A stretch of DNA of 64,000 nt from an uncultured Acidimicrobiales bacterium (lineage in GTDB: Bacteria; Actinomycetota; Acidimicrobiia; Acidimicrobiales; SZUA-35): positions 196 through 64,195 of the forward strand of contig CALHCB010000087.1 in NCBI GenBank assembly GCA_937930695.1. Direction: 5' to 3'. The notes under the pieces were generated by a model. It saw only the letters and a list, made by a program, of their open reading frames with translations. It had not been told where the DNA came from and did not search any database. Shown piece by piece: positions 9,124 to 18,730 of this stretch. Made by a program: the position numbers and the translations under genes. Within the stretch, counting starts at the first letter, position 1. Each line of letters starts with the position of its first letter.

Positions 9124-10218
9124 ATGACCTCCACAGATGCAGAGCAGATCATCGACGACCTGTGTCGACGCCTCACCACGGTGAATCCTGAGATGCGAGC
9201 TGCCGGCGCACGTCACCATCTCCAACTCACGAAACCTCCTGGGTCCCTCGGGGCTCTCGAAGCCGTTGGGGCAACGCTCAGCGCGATCTCAGAGACCGTG
9301 ATTCCCCCGATTCCGTCACCCGCTGCTGTCGCCGTTTTCGCTGCTGACCACGGTGTCCTCAGCGAGGGAGTCAGCCCGTGGCCCCAAGAAGTCACTGCCC
9401 AGATGGTGGCCAACTTCTGTGGGGGCGGTGCCGCGATCAACGCGATCGCAGATCTCAACAACATCGCTGTCACGGTGGTGAACGCCGGAGTCGCCTCCCC
9501 ACTCGACGATCACGCGATGCTGCAGAACACTCCGGTTCGAACGGGCACCAACAACTTGTTGGTCGGCCCAGCGATGTCTCGATCCGATGCTGCCAAGGCC
9601 ATTGTCCTCGGCCTCGAGGTGGGTCAGCGTCTTATCGCTGAGGGCAATCGTTGCCTTCTCACCGGCGACATGGGCATCGGCAATACAACGGCGTCTACAT
9701 GCATCATCGCTGCTGCAACATCCAAGCCTGCAGCGAGCCTGACCGGTCGAGGCACTGGGATAGATGACGATGTCTTCGCGTTGAAGACACGGGTCATTCA
9801 AGCAGCGCTCGACCGTGCGGAGGGTCTCAACCCGTCCGATGGCGTCGGTCTACTGAGCGAACTCGGAGGACTCGAGATCGGGGGAATCGCTGGGCTGTGT
9901 CTCGCCGCCGCAGAGGCTCGGATCCCCGTCATTCTCGATGGTGTCATTGCTGCGGCGGGAGCAGTTGTTGCCTCGTTCATCTCTCCCGCGGCCCGTGGTT
10001 ACATGATTGCCGGACACCGATCCGTCGAACCCGCATCGTCCGCAGCACTTGAGCATCTCGGCCTCACGCCGCTTCTCGATCTTGAGCTCCGCCTTGGTGA
10101 GGGAACCGGTGCCGCTCTGGCCTATCCGCTTGTCCTCGCTGCCGCTGGTGTGATGGCCAACATGGCGACATTCGACGATCTCGGTATCGAGAGCGCACCC
10201 AACGACCACGACGCCTGA
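9124..10218 (+). CDS. cobT: Nicotinate-nucleotide--dimethylbenzimidazole phosphoribosyltransferase
   Basis: HHLQLTKPPGSLGALE and GDMGIGNTT signatures. ORF 9073..10218 is trimmed to ATG 9124 (MTSTDAEQ...). Confidence 0.92.
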   Translation: MTSTDAEQIIDDLCRRLTTVNPEMRAAGARHHLQLTKPPGSLGALEAVGATLSAISETVIPPIPSPAAVAVFAADHGVLSEGVSPWPQEVTAQMVANFCGGGAAINAIADLNNIAVTVVNAGVASPLDDHAMLQNTPVRTGTNNLLVGPAMSRSDAAKAIVLGLEVGQRLIAEGNRCLLTGDMGIGNTTASTCIIAAATSKPAASLTGRGTGIDDDVFALKTRVIQAALDRAEGLNPSDGVGLLSELGGLEIGGIAGLCLAAAEARIPVILDGVIAAAGAVVASFISPAARGYMIAGHRSVEPASSAALEHLGLTPLLDLELRLGEGTGAALAYPLVLAAAGVMANMATFDDLGIESAPNDHDA

Positions 10219-10242
10219 GCTCCGCCGCGTCCCTATGTTCTC

Positions 10243-11169
10243 ATGAGCTTCCTCAGCCGCTCGTTCGGCCTCGCAATCGGATATGCCGCCGATCGCGTTG
10301 TTGGCGAACCTCCGGATGCGGTTCATCCCATGATCGGAGTGGGTTCAGCGCTGACGAAGCTCGAATCCGCCTGCTACCGAGACTCGAAACTGGCCGGATC
10401 AGTCCATGTCGCGATCGCGGTAGGCGGTGCGCTCCTGATCGGTCAAGGTCTGCACCGCGTGACAGGACCGATCTTGTCGACCGCCCTTTCTGTCGCGATG
10501 TGCAGCAGTTCGAACATGCTCGGAGCCGTCGCCACCGAAGTGGAGGGACACCTCCTCGCGGGCGACCTTGACGGAGCCCGTCGAGTGCTGCCCTCCCTTG
10601 TCGGGCGTCGGCCGGACGGTCTCGGTGAGTCCGAAATAGCTCGCGCCGTCGTCGAATCTGTTGCCGAAAATACAGTCGACGGGGTCACCGCGACGATGGT
10701 CTGGGCCTTGGTAGGCGGTGCACCGCTTGTCTTCGCACACCGGATCACCAACACCCTCGATGCCATGATCGGCCATCGCAACGAGACCTATCTGAACTTC
10801 GGTTGGGCATCGGCCAAGCTGGACGATGCGTTGAATTGGGTCCCAGCTCGAGCGACTGCTCTTGCGGTTGCTGCCCTTTCTGGCCGCCGCGTTGTCGAGA
10901 TTGCCTCAGTCATTCGTCGGGATGGAGGCAACCACCCATCTCCCAACGGAGGCCAGATCGAGGCCGCCGTCGCAGCCGCGCTCCACCTCACGCTTGGCGG
11001 AACCAACAACTATGACGGGACTGAGGAGGTGCGGGGAACGCTCGGCAACGGCTCGCCACCGATGGGCGCCGACATCGGACGTTCGGTGATCGTGACCCGA
11101 CGAGCCAGCACGGCGTTGTGTGCCAGCGCGATCTGTGTCGCCCTGGCCCGCTCCGTCCTACGCCACTGA
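10243..11169 (+). CDS. cobD: Adenosylcobinamide-phosphate synthase (CobD/CbiB)
   Basis: Membrane protein with CobD/CbiB-like sequence (GEPPDAVHPMIGVG ... HPSPNGG ... GG). It lies immediately downstream of cobT. Confidence 0.85.
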   Translation: MSFLSRSFGLAIGYAADRVVGEPPDAVHPMIGVGSALTKLESACYRDSKLAGSVHVAIAVGGALLIGQGLHRVTGPILSTALSVAMCSSSNMLGAVATEVEGHLLAGDLDGARRVLPSLVGRRPDGLGESEIARAVVESVAENTVDGVTATMVWALVGGAPLVFAHRITNTLDAMIGHRNETYLNFGWASAKLDDALNWVPARATALAVAALSGRRVVEIASVIRRDGGNHPSPNGGQIEAAVAAALHLTLGGTNNYDGTEEVRGTLGNGSPPMGADIGRSVIVTRRASTALCASAICVALARSVLRH

Positions 11170-11208
11170 CGTCTTGAGGTCCTCACGCACCGGCACGGCA
11201 CTCGATTC

Positions 11209-12429
11209 TCAGTTCTGGATGTACCCGCCGAGGAAAGACTCAAGACGGCCCAGAGCGGTCGTGAGATCGCGAACCGACGGCAGGAACACCACCCGAAAGT
11301 GATCGGGCGCAGGCCAGTTGAACCCTGTGCCCTGCACCATCAGGATTTGTTCGGAGCGGAGAAAATCGAGCACGAATTGTTCATCGCTCGTAATCTTGAA
11401 CTTCTCGGTGTCCATCTTGACGAAGAGATAGAGCGCCCCCGCGGGCTTCGTGCACGACAGGCCGTCGATGGCGTTGATCATGTCGTACGCCACCTGCCGT
11501 TGTTCATACAGGCGACCGCCCGGAACCACGAACTCTGAGATGCTTTGATAGCCGCCGAGCGACGACTGAATAGCGTGCTGGGCAGGGACATTCGCGCACA
11601 AACGCATCGACGCCAGCATGCGCAGGCCCTCGAAATAGCTCGCTGCTCGGCTCTTGGCTCCGCTGATCGTCATCCAACCCGATCGAAAACCGGCGACTCG
11701 ATACGTTTTGGAAAGTCCGTTGAAGGTGGCGAAGACCACGTCGTCGGCCAATGACGCAATGCAGACATGTTCTGCGTCGTCATAGAGGATCTTGTCGTAG
11801 ATCTCATCGGCCATCACGACCAGGTCGTGTTCGCGAGCGATCTCAACGATCTGGGTCAGGAGTTCCTCGGAGTACACCGCCCCGGTTGGGTTGTTCGGAT
11901 TGATGACGACGATCGCCTTGGTTCGGTCGGTGATCTTTGACCGAATGTCGTCGAGATCAGGGAACCAGTCCGCTTCTTCGTCACAGTGGTAGTGCACCGG
12001 ATGGCCCCCGGTGAGGGTGGTGGCCGCGGTCCAGAGCGGGAAGTCCGGCGCAGGAATCAGCACTTCGTCGCCGTCATTCAGGAGCGCCTGGAGAGCCATG
12101 GCAATGAGCTCCGACGCTCCGTTGCCGGTGAAGATGTCATCGATCTCGACACCGGAAATCCCCATCCGCTGGTTGTATTGCATGACCGCCTTGCGAGCCG
12201 AGTAGAGGCCTTGGGAATCGCAATAACCCTGGGCGGTGGGCAGATTCCGCATCATGTCGACGAGAACTTCTTCTGGTGCTTCGAATCCGAAGGGCGCAGG
12301 GTTTCCGATGTTGAGTTTGAGAATCCGATGTCCTTCGTTCTCAAGCCGATTGGCCTCATCCAGAATTGGACCGCGGATGTCATAGAGAACGTGGTCCAAC
12401 TTGGTGGACTTTCGGATGTCTTGGGCCAT
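11209..12429 (-). CDS. PLP-dependent aminotransferase, class I/II (alanine/aspartate aminotransferase-like)
   Basis: Full-length AlaA-like sequence (ILKLNIGNP..., NPNNPTGAVY, SKTYRVAGFR with the PLP lysine). Confidence 0.9.
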   Translation of the reverse strand: MAQDIRKSTKLDHVLYDIRGPILDEANRLENEGHRILKLNIGNPAPFGFEAPEEVLVDMMRNLPTAQGYCDSQGLYSARKAVMQYNQRMGISGVEIDDIFTGNGASELIAMALQALLNDGDEVLIPAPDFPLWTAATTLTGGHPVHYHCDEEADWFPDLDDIRSKITDRTKAIVVINPNNPTGAVYSEELLTQIVEIAREHDLVVMADEIYDKILYDDAEHVCIASLADDVVFATFNGLSKTYRVAGFRSGWMTISGAKSRAASYFEGLRMLASMRLCANVPAQHAIQSSLGGYQSISEFVVPGGRLYEQRQVAYDMINAIDGLSCTKPAGALYLFVKMDTEKFKITSDEQFVLDFLRSEQILMVQGTGFNWPAPDHFRVVFLPSVRDLTTALGRLESFLGGYIQN

Positions 12430-12539
12430 CGGGCAACGCTAGAGCATTGCGAGACCCGGACGGCATCAATAATCGATTCGATCCGGGCTCAATCTGGGTT
12501 GCAGTTGGACCCAGCTCGACGCCCCGGCAAGTATCAGCC

Positions 12540-14192
12540 ATGGATTATTACGACCTCGGCCCGTACCGGCGAGACGTGACCACGAGTTCAGTTGATGCGC
12601 AGCTGTGGTTCGATCGAGGCCTGAATTGGCTCTACGCCTTCAACCACGATGAAGCGGTCCAATGTTTCCGCAGAGCCATCGAAGCTGATCCGAGGTGTGC
12701 GATGGCCCACTGGGGGGTCGCCATGGCGATCGGTCCCAACTACAACTCACCATGGAACCTGATGGACAGGCGGAGCAGGGCGAAGGCTCTGGAGGGTGGT
12801 TTCGATGCGAGTCGAGCGGCGCTCGAACTTGCAGGAGATGCCGCAAGCGTCGAACGCGATCTCATCGTCGCACTGCAAGCACGCTTTCCTCAACGTGAGA
12901 CGATCAAAGATCAGATGCCGTGGAACGTCGACTTCACGGCTGCCATGCGCCGAGTGATCGACGCTCACCCTGAGGACCTCGACGTTCGTGCGGTGTTTGT
13001 GGATGCGATCCTCAATGAGACACCGTGGCAGATGTGGGATCTCCAATCGGGAGAGGTCGCAGACGGGGCCGGAACCATCGAGGCACAAGCGAGTCTCGAA
13101 CACAGCTTCGCCACCTTCCCTGCGTCGTGGGACCATCCGGGACTCCTCCATCTCTACGTCCATCTCATGGAGATGTCACCCTTCCCCGAGCTGGCGTTGC
13201 GTGCCGGGGACCGGTTGCGTCGCATCGTTCCCGACGGTGGCCACCTCATTCACATGCCGACCCACATCGACGTGCTGTGCGGGAACTATCACGACGTCGT
13301 GCTCTACAACCAGATCGCCGTCGAGGCAGATCGCCGCTGGCTCGAACGGGAGGGGCCGATCAACGTGTACACCCTCTACCGGAACCACAATCACCACTTC
13401 GTGATTTATGGCGCGCTCTTTCTGGGGCAGTACACCGCAGCGATGGACGCTGCTGAGGAACTGGTCGACACCATCCCCGAAGAGTTTTTGCGGATCGAAT
13501 CACCACCGTTCGCCGACGCGGCCGAGGCGTTCATCGGGATGAAACACCATGTGCAGGTTCGTTTCGGCAAGTGGCGCGACATCATCGAAGAACCGATGCC
13601 AGAGGACCAGGAGCTGTACGCCGCAACCACTGCGCTCTTGCTCTATGCCAAAAGCGTGGCGAACTCTGCGCTCGGCAACGTTGCAGACGCCGAGCGAGAT
13701 CGAGATGCGTTCCTTGTTGCGAAGACGAAGGTCCCGGAGACCCGACGAATACACAACAACACGGTCATCGATCTGCTTGAGGTCGCTGAGGCGATGCTTG
13801 AGGGCGAGCTCGAGTATCGACGCCAAAACTATGACGTTGCGTTTGACCATCTTCGACGAGCGGTACAGATCGAAGACGACCTTCTCTACGACGAGCCATG
13901 GGGTTGGATGCAACCGACTCGACACGCCCTCGGAGCGCTCTTGCTCGAACAAGGTCACCTGGTCGAAGCCGAGGCTGTGTATCGAGCAGACCTCGGCCTC
14001 GATGATTCGTTGAGCCGAGCCAGCCAGCATCCGAACAACCTGTGGAGCCTCCATGGACTTCACGAGTGCCTCTCTCGCAGGAACGAGGATGCCGAGGCTC
14101 GAATCATCAAACAACAGCTGACCATGGCCGAAGCTCGCGCTGAAATACAGATCAAGGCCTCATGCTTTTGTCGTCAGGTCGCTATGGCATAG
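12540..14192 (+). CDS. TPR-like helical repeat protein, function unknown
   Basis: ORF 12366..14192 is trimmed to ATG 12540 (MDYYDLGPYRR...). It has a TPR-like N-terminus (FNHDEAVQCFRRAIEADPRCAMAHWG). Confidence 0.6.
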   Translation: MDYYDLGPYRRDVTTSSVDAQLWFDRGLNWLYAFNHDEAVQCFRRAIEADPRCAMAHWGVAMAIGPNYNSPWNLMDRRSRAKALEGGFDASRAALELAGDAASVERDLIVALQARFPQRETIKDQMPWNVDFTAAMRRVIDAHPEDLDVRAVFVDAILNETPWQMWDLQSGEVADGAGTIEAQASLEHSFATFPASWDHPGLLHLYVHLMEMSPFPELALRAGDRLRRIVPDGGHLIHMPTHIDVLCGNYHDVVLYNQIAVEADRRWLEREGPINVYTLYRNHNHHFVIYGALFLGQYTAAMDAAEELVDTIPEEFLRIESPPFADAAEAFIGMKHHVQVRFGKWRDIIEEPMPEDQELYAATTALLLYAKSVANSALGNVADAERDRDAFLVAKTKVPETRRIHNNTVIDLLEVAEAMLEGELEYRRQNYDVAFDHLRRAVQIEDDLLYDEPWGWMQPTRHALGALLLEQGHLVEAEAVYRADLGLDDSLSRASQHPNNLWSLHGLHECLSRRNEDAEARIIKQQLTMAEARAEIQIKASCFCRQVAMA

Positions 14193-14289
14193 CGAGCACG
14201 CAGCACCACATCCAACGAGGGACAACCACAAGACCTCGGCTTCCGAGACTGTTACGGTTTCAGGCCGTAGCAAACGGGGGTGAGTCCTG

Positions 14290-14904
14290 ATGAAGGAAAC
14301 TCAACGAGAGCAACCGCGTGACAATGCATCGATCGACGGACGAACCGCTCGCCGCGAACGAGGAAGACAGGCTGTCATCAGTGCGGTCATCGATCTCACG
14401 CTGAAGGGACATCCTCCCCCGTCGGCGGAACGCGTTGCGAAGCATGCAGGCGTCTCAGTTGCCTCAGTCTTCCGCTATTTCGACACACTCGACGAGTTGC
14501 GAACCGTCGCAACCCAGCATTACTTCACGTCGTACTCCCACATCATGGGAATCGACCGAATCGGCGAGGATGCGCTCGACGACAGAGTCGCACGACTCGC
14601 TGCGGCACGCTCGACACAGTATGAGCAGACCGAGCCGATGGCTCGAATAGCACGGCAACACGCCACGACCTCCGCCCTACAAGACACGCTGTCGCTCGCT
14701 CGCTCGACTCAGACGGATCAGATCCGGACGCACTTCGATGCAGAGCTTCGATCGCTGGGCAAGGCCGAGCGCGACGACATCGTGGCAACAATTGCAACGC
14801 TCACCTCATTCGAAGCGTGGGATCTCTACCGGTTCCATCACAACCGCACGCCGCAGCAGATCCGACGAGCTTGGGAACGAGCGATCACCAACCTGCTCGC
14901 GTGA
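14290..14904 (+). CDS. TetR family transcriptional regulator
   Basis: N-terminal HTH (AERVAKHAGVSVASVFRYFDTLDEL). Confidence 0.88.
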   Translation: MKETQREQPRDNASIDGRTARRERGRQAVISAVIDLTLKGHPPPSAERVAKHAGVSVASVFRYFDTLDELRTVATQHYFTSYSHIMGIDRIGEDALDDRVARLAAARSTQYEQTEPMARIARQHATTSALQDTLSLARSTQTDQIRTHFDAELRSLGKAERDDIVATIATLTSFEAWDLYRFHHNRTPQQIRRAWERAITNLLA

Positions 14905-15003
14905 CCCGAGTCGATCGTCGGCTCAGGCCACAGAACGTCGCAAAGAGCAACGAGTATGTGGTGCACAGGGTTCTCACAGGTTCCGACGATTGACTCGTTC
15001 GTG

Positions 15004-15729
15004 ATGAGCGCTTCAGCCAAGCCCACGATCTCGACTGCGGCGGTGCCACTGCGCGTGCTGGTCGTTGAAGACGAACCGGCGATCCGGGACATCGTGGCCA
15101 CCGCATTGCGTCACCATGGGCATTCGATCGCCGAATGTAGCGATGGTCTCACCGGCCTCGATCAGGCAAGGGGCGGAGAGTTTGATCTCATCGTTCTCGA
15201 CGTGATGCTTCCTGGCATCGATGGCCATGAGGTGTGTCGACAGCTCCGACTCGCGGGAGTCGCCACTCCCGTTCTGTTCCTGTCCGCTCGTGATGCTGAG
15301 TCGGATCGAATCAAGGGTTTCGTGAGCGGGGCGGATGACTACCTCACCAAACCCTTCAGTATCGAGGAACTCTCACTTCGAGTTGCGGCGATTCTGCGCA
15401 GATCGACCGGAGTCGCTGCGGTCAACGATCCTGTCGTCGTCGGCGACCTTTCCTTGGATCCGATCGGACGAGAGGTCCGCATAGCCGGCGAACTCGTCGA
15501 CCTTTCGCCGACCGAGTTCCGACTCCTCCACTATTTCATGACAAATCAGGGCATCGTGCTCTCGAAGTCCCAGATTCTGATGAACGTGTGGGACGACGAT
15601 TTCGACGGAAGTGAAAACGTCGTCGAGCTCTATGTCGGCTACCTCCGCCGCAAGATCGATGATCGAATGACTCGCCTCATCCATACCCAGCGCGGCGTGG
15701 GCTATGTCATGCGGGAACCGACTGCATGA
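15004..15729 (+). CDS. OmpR-family response regulator
   Basis: Receiver domain (LVVEDEP..., DLIVLDVMLPGIDG, ...LTKPF) plus a winged-helix C-terminus (RRKID...IHTQRGVGY). The start is at ATG 15004. Confidence 0.93.
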   Translation: MSASAKPTISTAAVPLRVLVVEDEPAIRDIVATALRHHGHSIAECSDGLTGLDQARGGEFDLIVLDVMLPGIDGHEVCRQLRLAGVATPVLFLSARDAESDRIKGFVSGADDYLTKPFSIEELSLRVAAILRRSTGVAAVNDPVVVGDLSLDPIGREVRIAGELVDLSPTEFRLLHYFMTNQGIVLSKSQILMNVWDDDFDGSENVVELYVGYLRRKIDDRMTRLIHTQRGVGYVMREPTA

Positions 15730-17111
15730 GGCGAGCGCCGCTCAGATGGCTCCTTGCACTTCCCCTGATGCTGACCATGACCGGTGGCATCATCGGCCTC
15801 GCGCTCTACATCGACAGAGCCGTTTCGGCTGATCTCGTCGCCGCTGTCGACAACGAACTGGAACGAGCCTCCCAGGCGGCACGCCCCAATGCTGGCGGAC
15901 CCGCGCTCCTCGAGCCAAGCAACGAACCGGCGGGCTCAAACACTCCCGTCGAGATCTTGATTTCAGATTCCGGAACCGTGCTCGAGAGTCGGCTTGCCAC
16001 GCTTCCGTTCGACGGCGACGACCTGCGGGCCATCGCGACCTCGGGAGAGGGCGTCGTTTCCTTGGCTGATCCCAGCTACCGCGTCCGAGTCGACCTCGCC
16101 CGAGGCGGCGATCTCCGACTCACCGCCCTCCCGCTCACCACTGTTGAAGTTGCACAAGACAGGCTTCGCCGATCACTCGTCGTCGGCAGCGTGGTCATCC
16201 TCGCCCTTCAAGCTGCGGTCATCTGGCTTCTCACCGGCGTCCTCGCCCGACCTGTCACAAAGATGTCGGCCGCCGCACGACGAGTCGCAGCCGGTGAACT
16301 TGATACTGCAGTCGGATCTCCGGGTGGCGCCAAGGAAACCGTCGATTTGGCCTCAGACCTGGACAGGATGGTGCATCGGCTTCGGTCCATGGTGGCCGAC
16401 AGCGAACGAACGGCGCATGTAGCGACGGAGTCAAGGGACAACATGATGCGATTCCTTGCCGACGCTGCGCACGAGCTTCGCACGCCGCTCACCGCAGTGA
16501 AGGGCTACAGCGAACTGTACGCCAATGACATGTTCGTCGAATCCGAAGACTTGGATCGGGCCATGGAGCGGATCGGGAGCGAGAGCGCTCGAATGACAAC
16601 GCTCGTCAGCGACATGCTTGCCCTCGCCCGCTCGGGGGTCGCCGAATCGACGGCGCAAGAGGAAGTCGAACTCCAGGAGTTGATGCAAGGCGTTGTTCGG
16701 GACCTTGGCGCGGCCTTTCCCGATCGCAACATTTCGTTCACAGGAGATGCTCGGGTCGCGGTGATCGGAGACCGCTCCCAGCTTCACCGAGCCATCCTGA
16801 ACCTGGGATCCAACGCATGTACCCATGCTGACGAAACATCGTCGGTCAACCTTCGCCTTTCGACACAGGCCGAGCTAGCTCGTATCGACGTAGTCGATCA
16901 CGGACCAGGAATCGATCCCGAGCACTTCGACAAGATCTTCCTGCCGTTCTACCGACCCGATTCGAGCCGGACGCGGAGCCTGCCTGGTGGAGGCGCCGGT
17001 CTTGGTCTTGCGATGTCGAAGGAGATTGCCGAGCGGCACAACGGATCGGCATCCGTGACCGAAACGCCAGGCGGCGGCGCGACGTTCACGCTTTGTTTCC
17101 CTGCGGCCTGA
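15726..17111 (+). CDS. Sensor histidine kinase (two TM segments, HAMP, HisKA, HATPase_c)
   Basis: H-box AAHELRTPLT, plus N and G boxes (LNLGSNA..., DHGPGI..., GGAGLGL). ATGA overlap with the response-regulator stop. Confidence 0.93.
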   Translation: MRRAPLRWLLALPLMLTMTGGIIGLALYIDRAVSADLVAAVDNELERASQAARPNAGGPALLEPSNEPAGSNTPVEILISDSGTVLESRLATLPFDGDDLRAIATSGEGVVSLADPSYRVRVDLARGGDLRLTALPLTTVEVAQDRLRRSLVVGSVVILALQAAVIWLLTGVLARPVTKMSAAARRVAAGELDTAVGSPGGAKETVDLASDLDRMVHRLRSMVADSERTAHVATESRDNMMRFLADAAHELRTPLTAVKGYSELYANDMFVESEDLDRAMERIGSESARMTTLVSDMLALARSGVAESTAQEEVELQELMQGVVRDLGAAFPDRNISFTGDARVAVIGDRSQLHRAILNLGSNACTHADETSSVNLRLSTQAELARIDVVDHGPGIDPEHFDKIFLPFYRPDSSRTRSLPGGGAGLGLAMSKEIAERHNGSASVTETPGGGATFTLCFPAA

Positions 17112-17193
17112 CCTCGGCACTTCTTTGTGTTCGACAAGGTGATCATCGGCAAAGCGATCCAAGATGGTCCTCGACCTGATCACTGGGAGACCC

Positions 17194-17847
17194 ATGACCT
17201 TTTACACCGATGCCCAACGAAAGCTTCAAGACGAATTCGAAAGCCGCAAGCTGGCCGATGCCGTTCAGTTCGCCACCGTGAGCGACGAGCTCGGGGACCA
17301 TCACCAATCTTTCATTTCATCCCGGGACTTCTTCTTTCTCACAACGGTCAATGCCGAGGGTGAACCGACTGTTTCCTACAAGGGAGGCGACGTCGGAACG
17401 GTGACCGTGATCGACGAGAAGACCTTGGCATTTCCCGCTTACGACGGCAACGGAATGATGCTGTCGTGGGGAAACATCGACGAGACTTCGAAGATCGGAC
17501 TTCTGTTCATCGACTTCGAAACTCCAAATCGCCTCCGGGTGCAGGCCACCGCCACGGTGAATCGTGAGGACGAACTCCTGAGCGAATATCCAGGGGCCAA
17601 GTTGATCATTCGAGCCAACATCGACAAGGTATTCATCAATTGTGCTCGCTACATCCATCCGCACACGCGCACCGCAACCTCAAAGTACGTACCCGCACCC
17701 GACGGGACGCAGCCGTACGCAATGTGGAAGAGGATTGACGACCTGCAGGACTCGCTTCCACCCGAGGACCAGGGCCGCGCCGCAGATGAAGGCGGCATCA
17801 TCACCGAGCAGCAATACGGCCGAGCGTTGCTGGCCGGAGAGTCCTGA
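17194..17847 (+). CDS. Pyridoxamine 5'-phosphate oxidase-like FMN-binding split-barrel protein
   Basis: The family-like region is SSRDFFFLTTVNAEGEPTVSYKGG.... The start is at ATG 17194, preceded by GGGAGA. Confidence 0.75.
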   Translation: MTFYTDAQRKLQDEFESRKLADAVQFATVSDELGDHHQSFISSRDFFFLTTVNAEGEPTVSYKGGDVGTVTVIDEKTLAFPAYDGNGMMLSWGNIDETSKIGLLFIDFETPNRLRVQATATVNREDELLSEYPGAKLIIRANIDKVFINCARYIHPHTRTATSKYVPAPDGTQPYAMWKRIDDLQDSLPPEDQGRAADEGGIITEQQYGRALLAGES

Positions 17848-17895
17848 TCCGCGCAAGAGTGCTTGCGAGAGGAACCGTAGGTGCGGGGCACTGCC

Positions 17896-18684
17896 TCAGC
17901 TGTTGGTCCAGTTGGGTTTGCGCTTCTCCATGAAGCTTGCGATGCCTTCCTGGCCATCGGCGCTGGTGACGCCCGCGGCCATCACGGCACCGGCATAGGC
18001 GTACGCATCGCTCTGTTCCAGTTCGATCTGCCCGTAGAAGGAACGCTTTCCCTGCGCCTTGGAGTACGCGCTCCCCCGCGTTGCTCTGCGCATCAGCTCG
18101 CGAGTCTCCGCTTCGAGCACCTCATGGGGCACGACTCGGTTGATGAGGCCCCATGCACACGCCGTGTCCGCGTCGATCGGATCACCGGTGAGCGCCATCT
18201 CGAGCGCCTTCTTGCGACCGACGGCTCGGGAAACGGCGACGATCGGCGTATGGCAGAAGAGTCCGCCCTTGCCCCCAGGAGTTTGGAACGTCGCTTGATC
18301 ACTGGCCACCGCGAGGTCACAGGATGCGACGAGCTGGCAACCAGCAGCAGTCGCGATGCCCTGTACCTGAGCGATGACGACCTGAGGAACCCGCTGCACC
18401 AGCGTCATCATTCGTTCGCAGATGTCGAAGAGGGCCTGGGCCTCCGCTAGGGATGCTCCCGCCATATCTGTGAAGTCATGGCCGGCAGAGAAGGCTGGTC
18501 CCTCTGAAGTGATGATCACGCCGAGTGCCTCTGTTGTCGCGACCTCCTCCAGTGCAGTGATGATCGCCGTCATGACCGGTCCGGCCAACGTGTTGCGTCT
18601 CGCGCCGTTGGTCAGCGAAATGATCGCAACCGGCCCGTCGTAGGCGATCGAGTCTTCGTAGGAAAGCGTGACAAAATCCGACAT
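17896..18684 (-). CDS. Enoyl-CoA hydratase/isomerase (crotonase) family protein
   Basis: Crotonase-fold sequence (AFSAGHDF..., VIAQVQGIATAAGCQL...). Confidence 0.9.
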   Translation of the reverse strand: MSDFVTLSYEDSIAYDGPVAIISLTNGARRNTLAGPVMTAIITALEEVATTEALGVIITSEGPAFSAGHDFTDMAGASLAEAQALFDICERMMTLVQRVPQVVIAQVQGIATAAGCQLVASCDLAVASDQATFQTPGGKGGLFCHTPIVAVSRAVGRKKALEMALTGDPIDADTACAWGLINRVVPHEVLEAETRELMRRATRGSAYSKAQGKRSFYGQIELEQSDAYAYAGAVMAAGVTSADGQEGIASFMEKRKPNWTNS

Positions 18685-18730
18685 GGGACCAAGCTAGTGG
18701 GGCCGCTTGCAATGGTCGATTATCCCAACA

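Noticed and set aside
12430-12539. Possible tRNA or small RNA in the moderate-size gaps (also 29376-29508, 43750-43868, 55204-55351 and 56785-56958)
   Set aside because: None of these gaps shows a T-arm-like GTTCRAnnC flanked by complementary 5-bp stems, or a cloverleaf layout. Each is most simply a promoter or terminator region.
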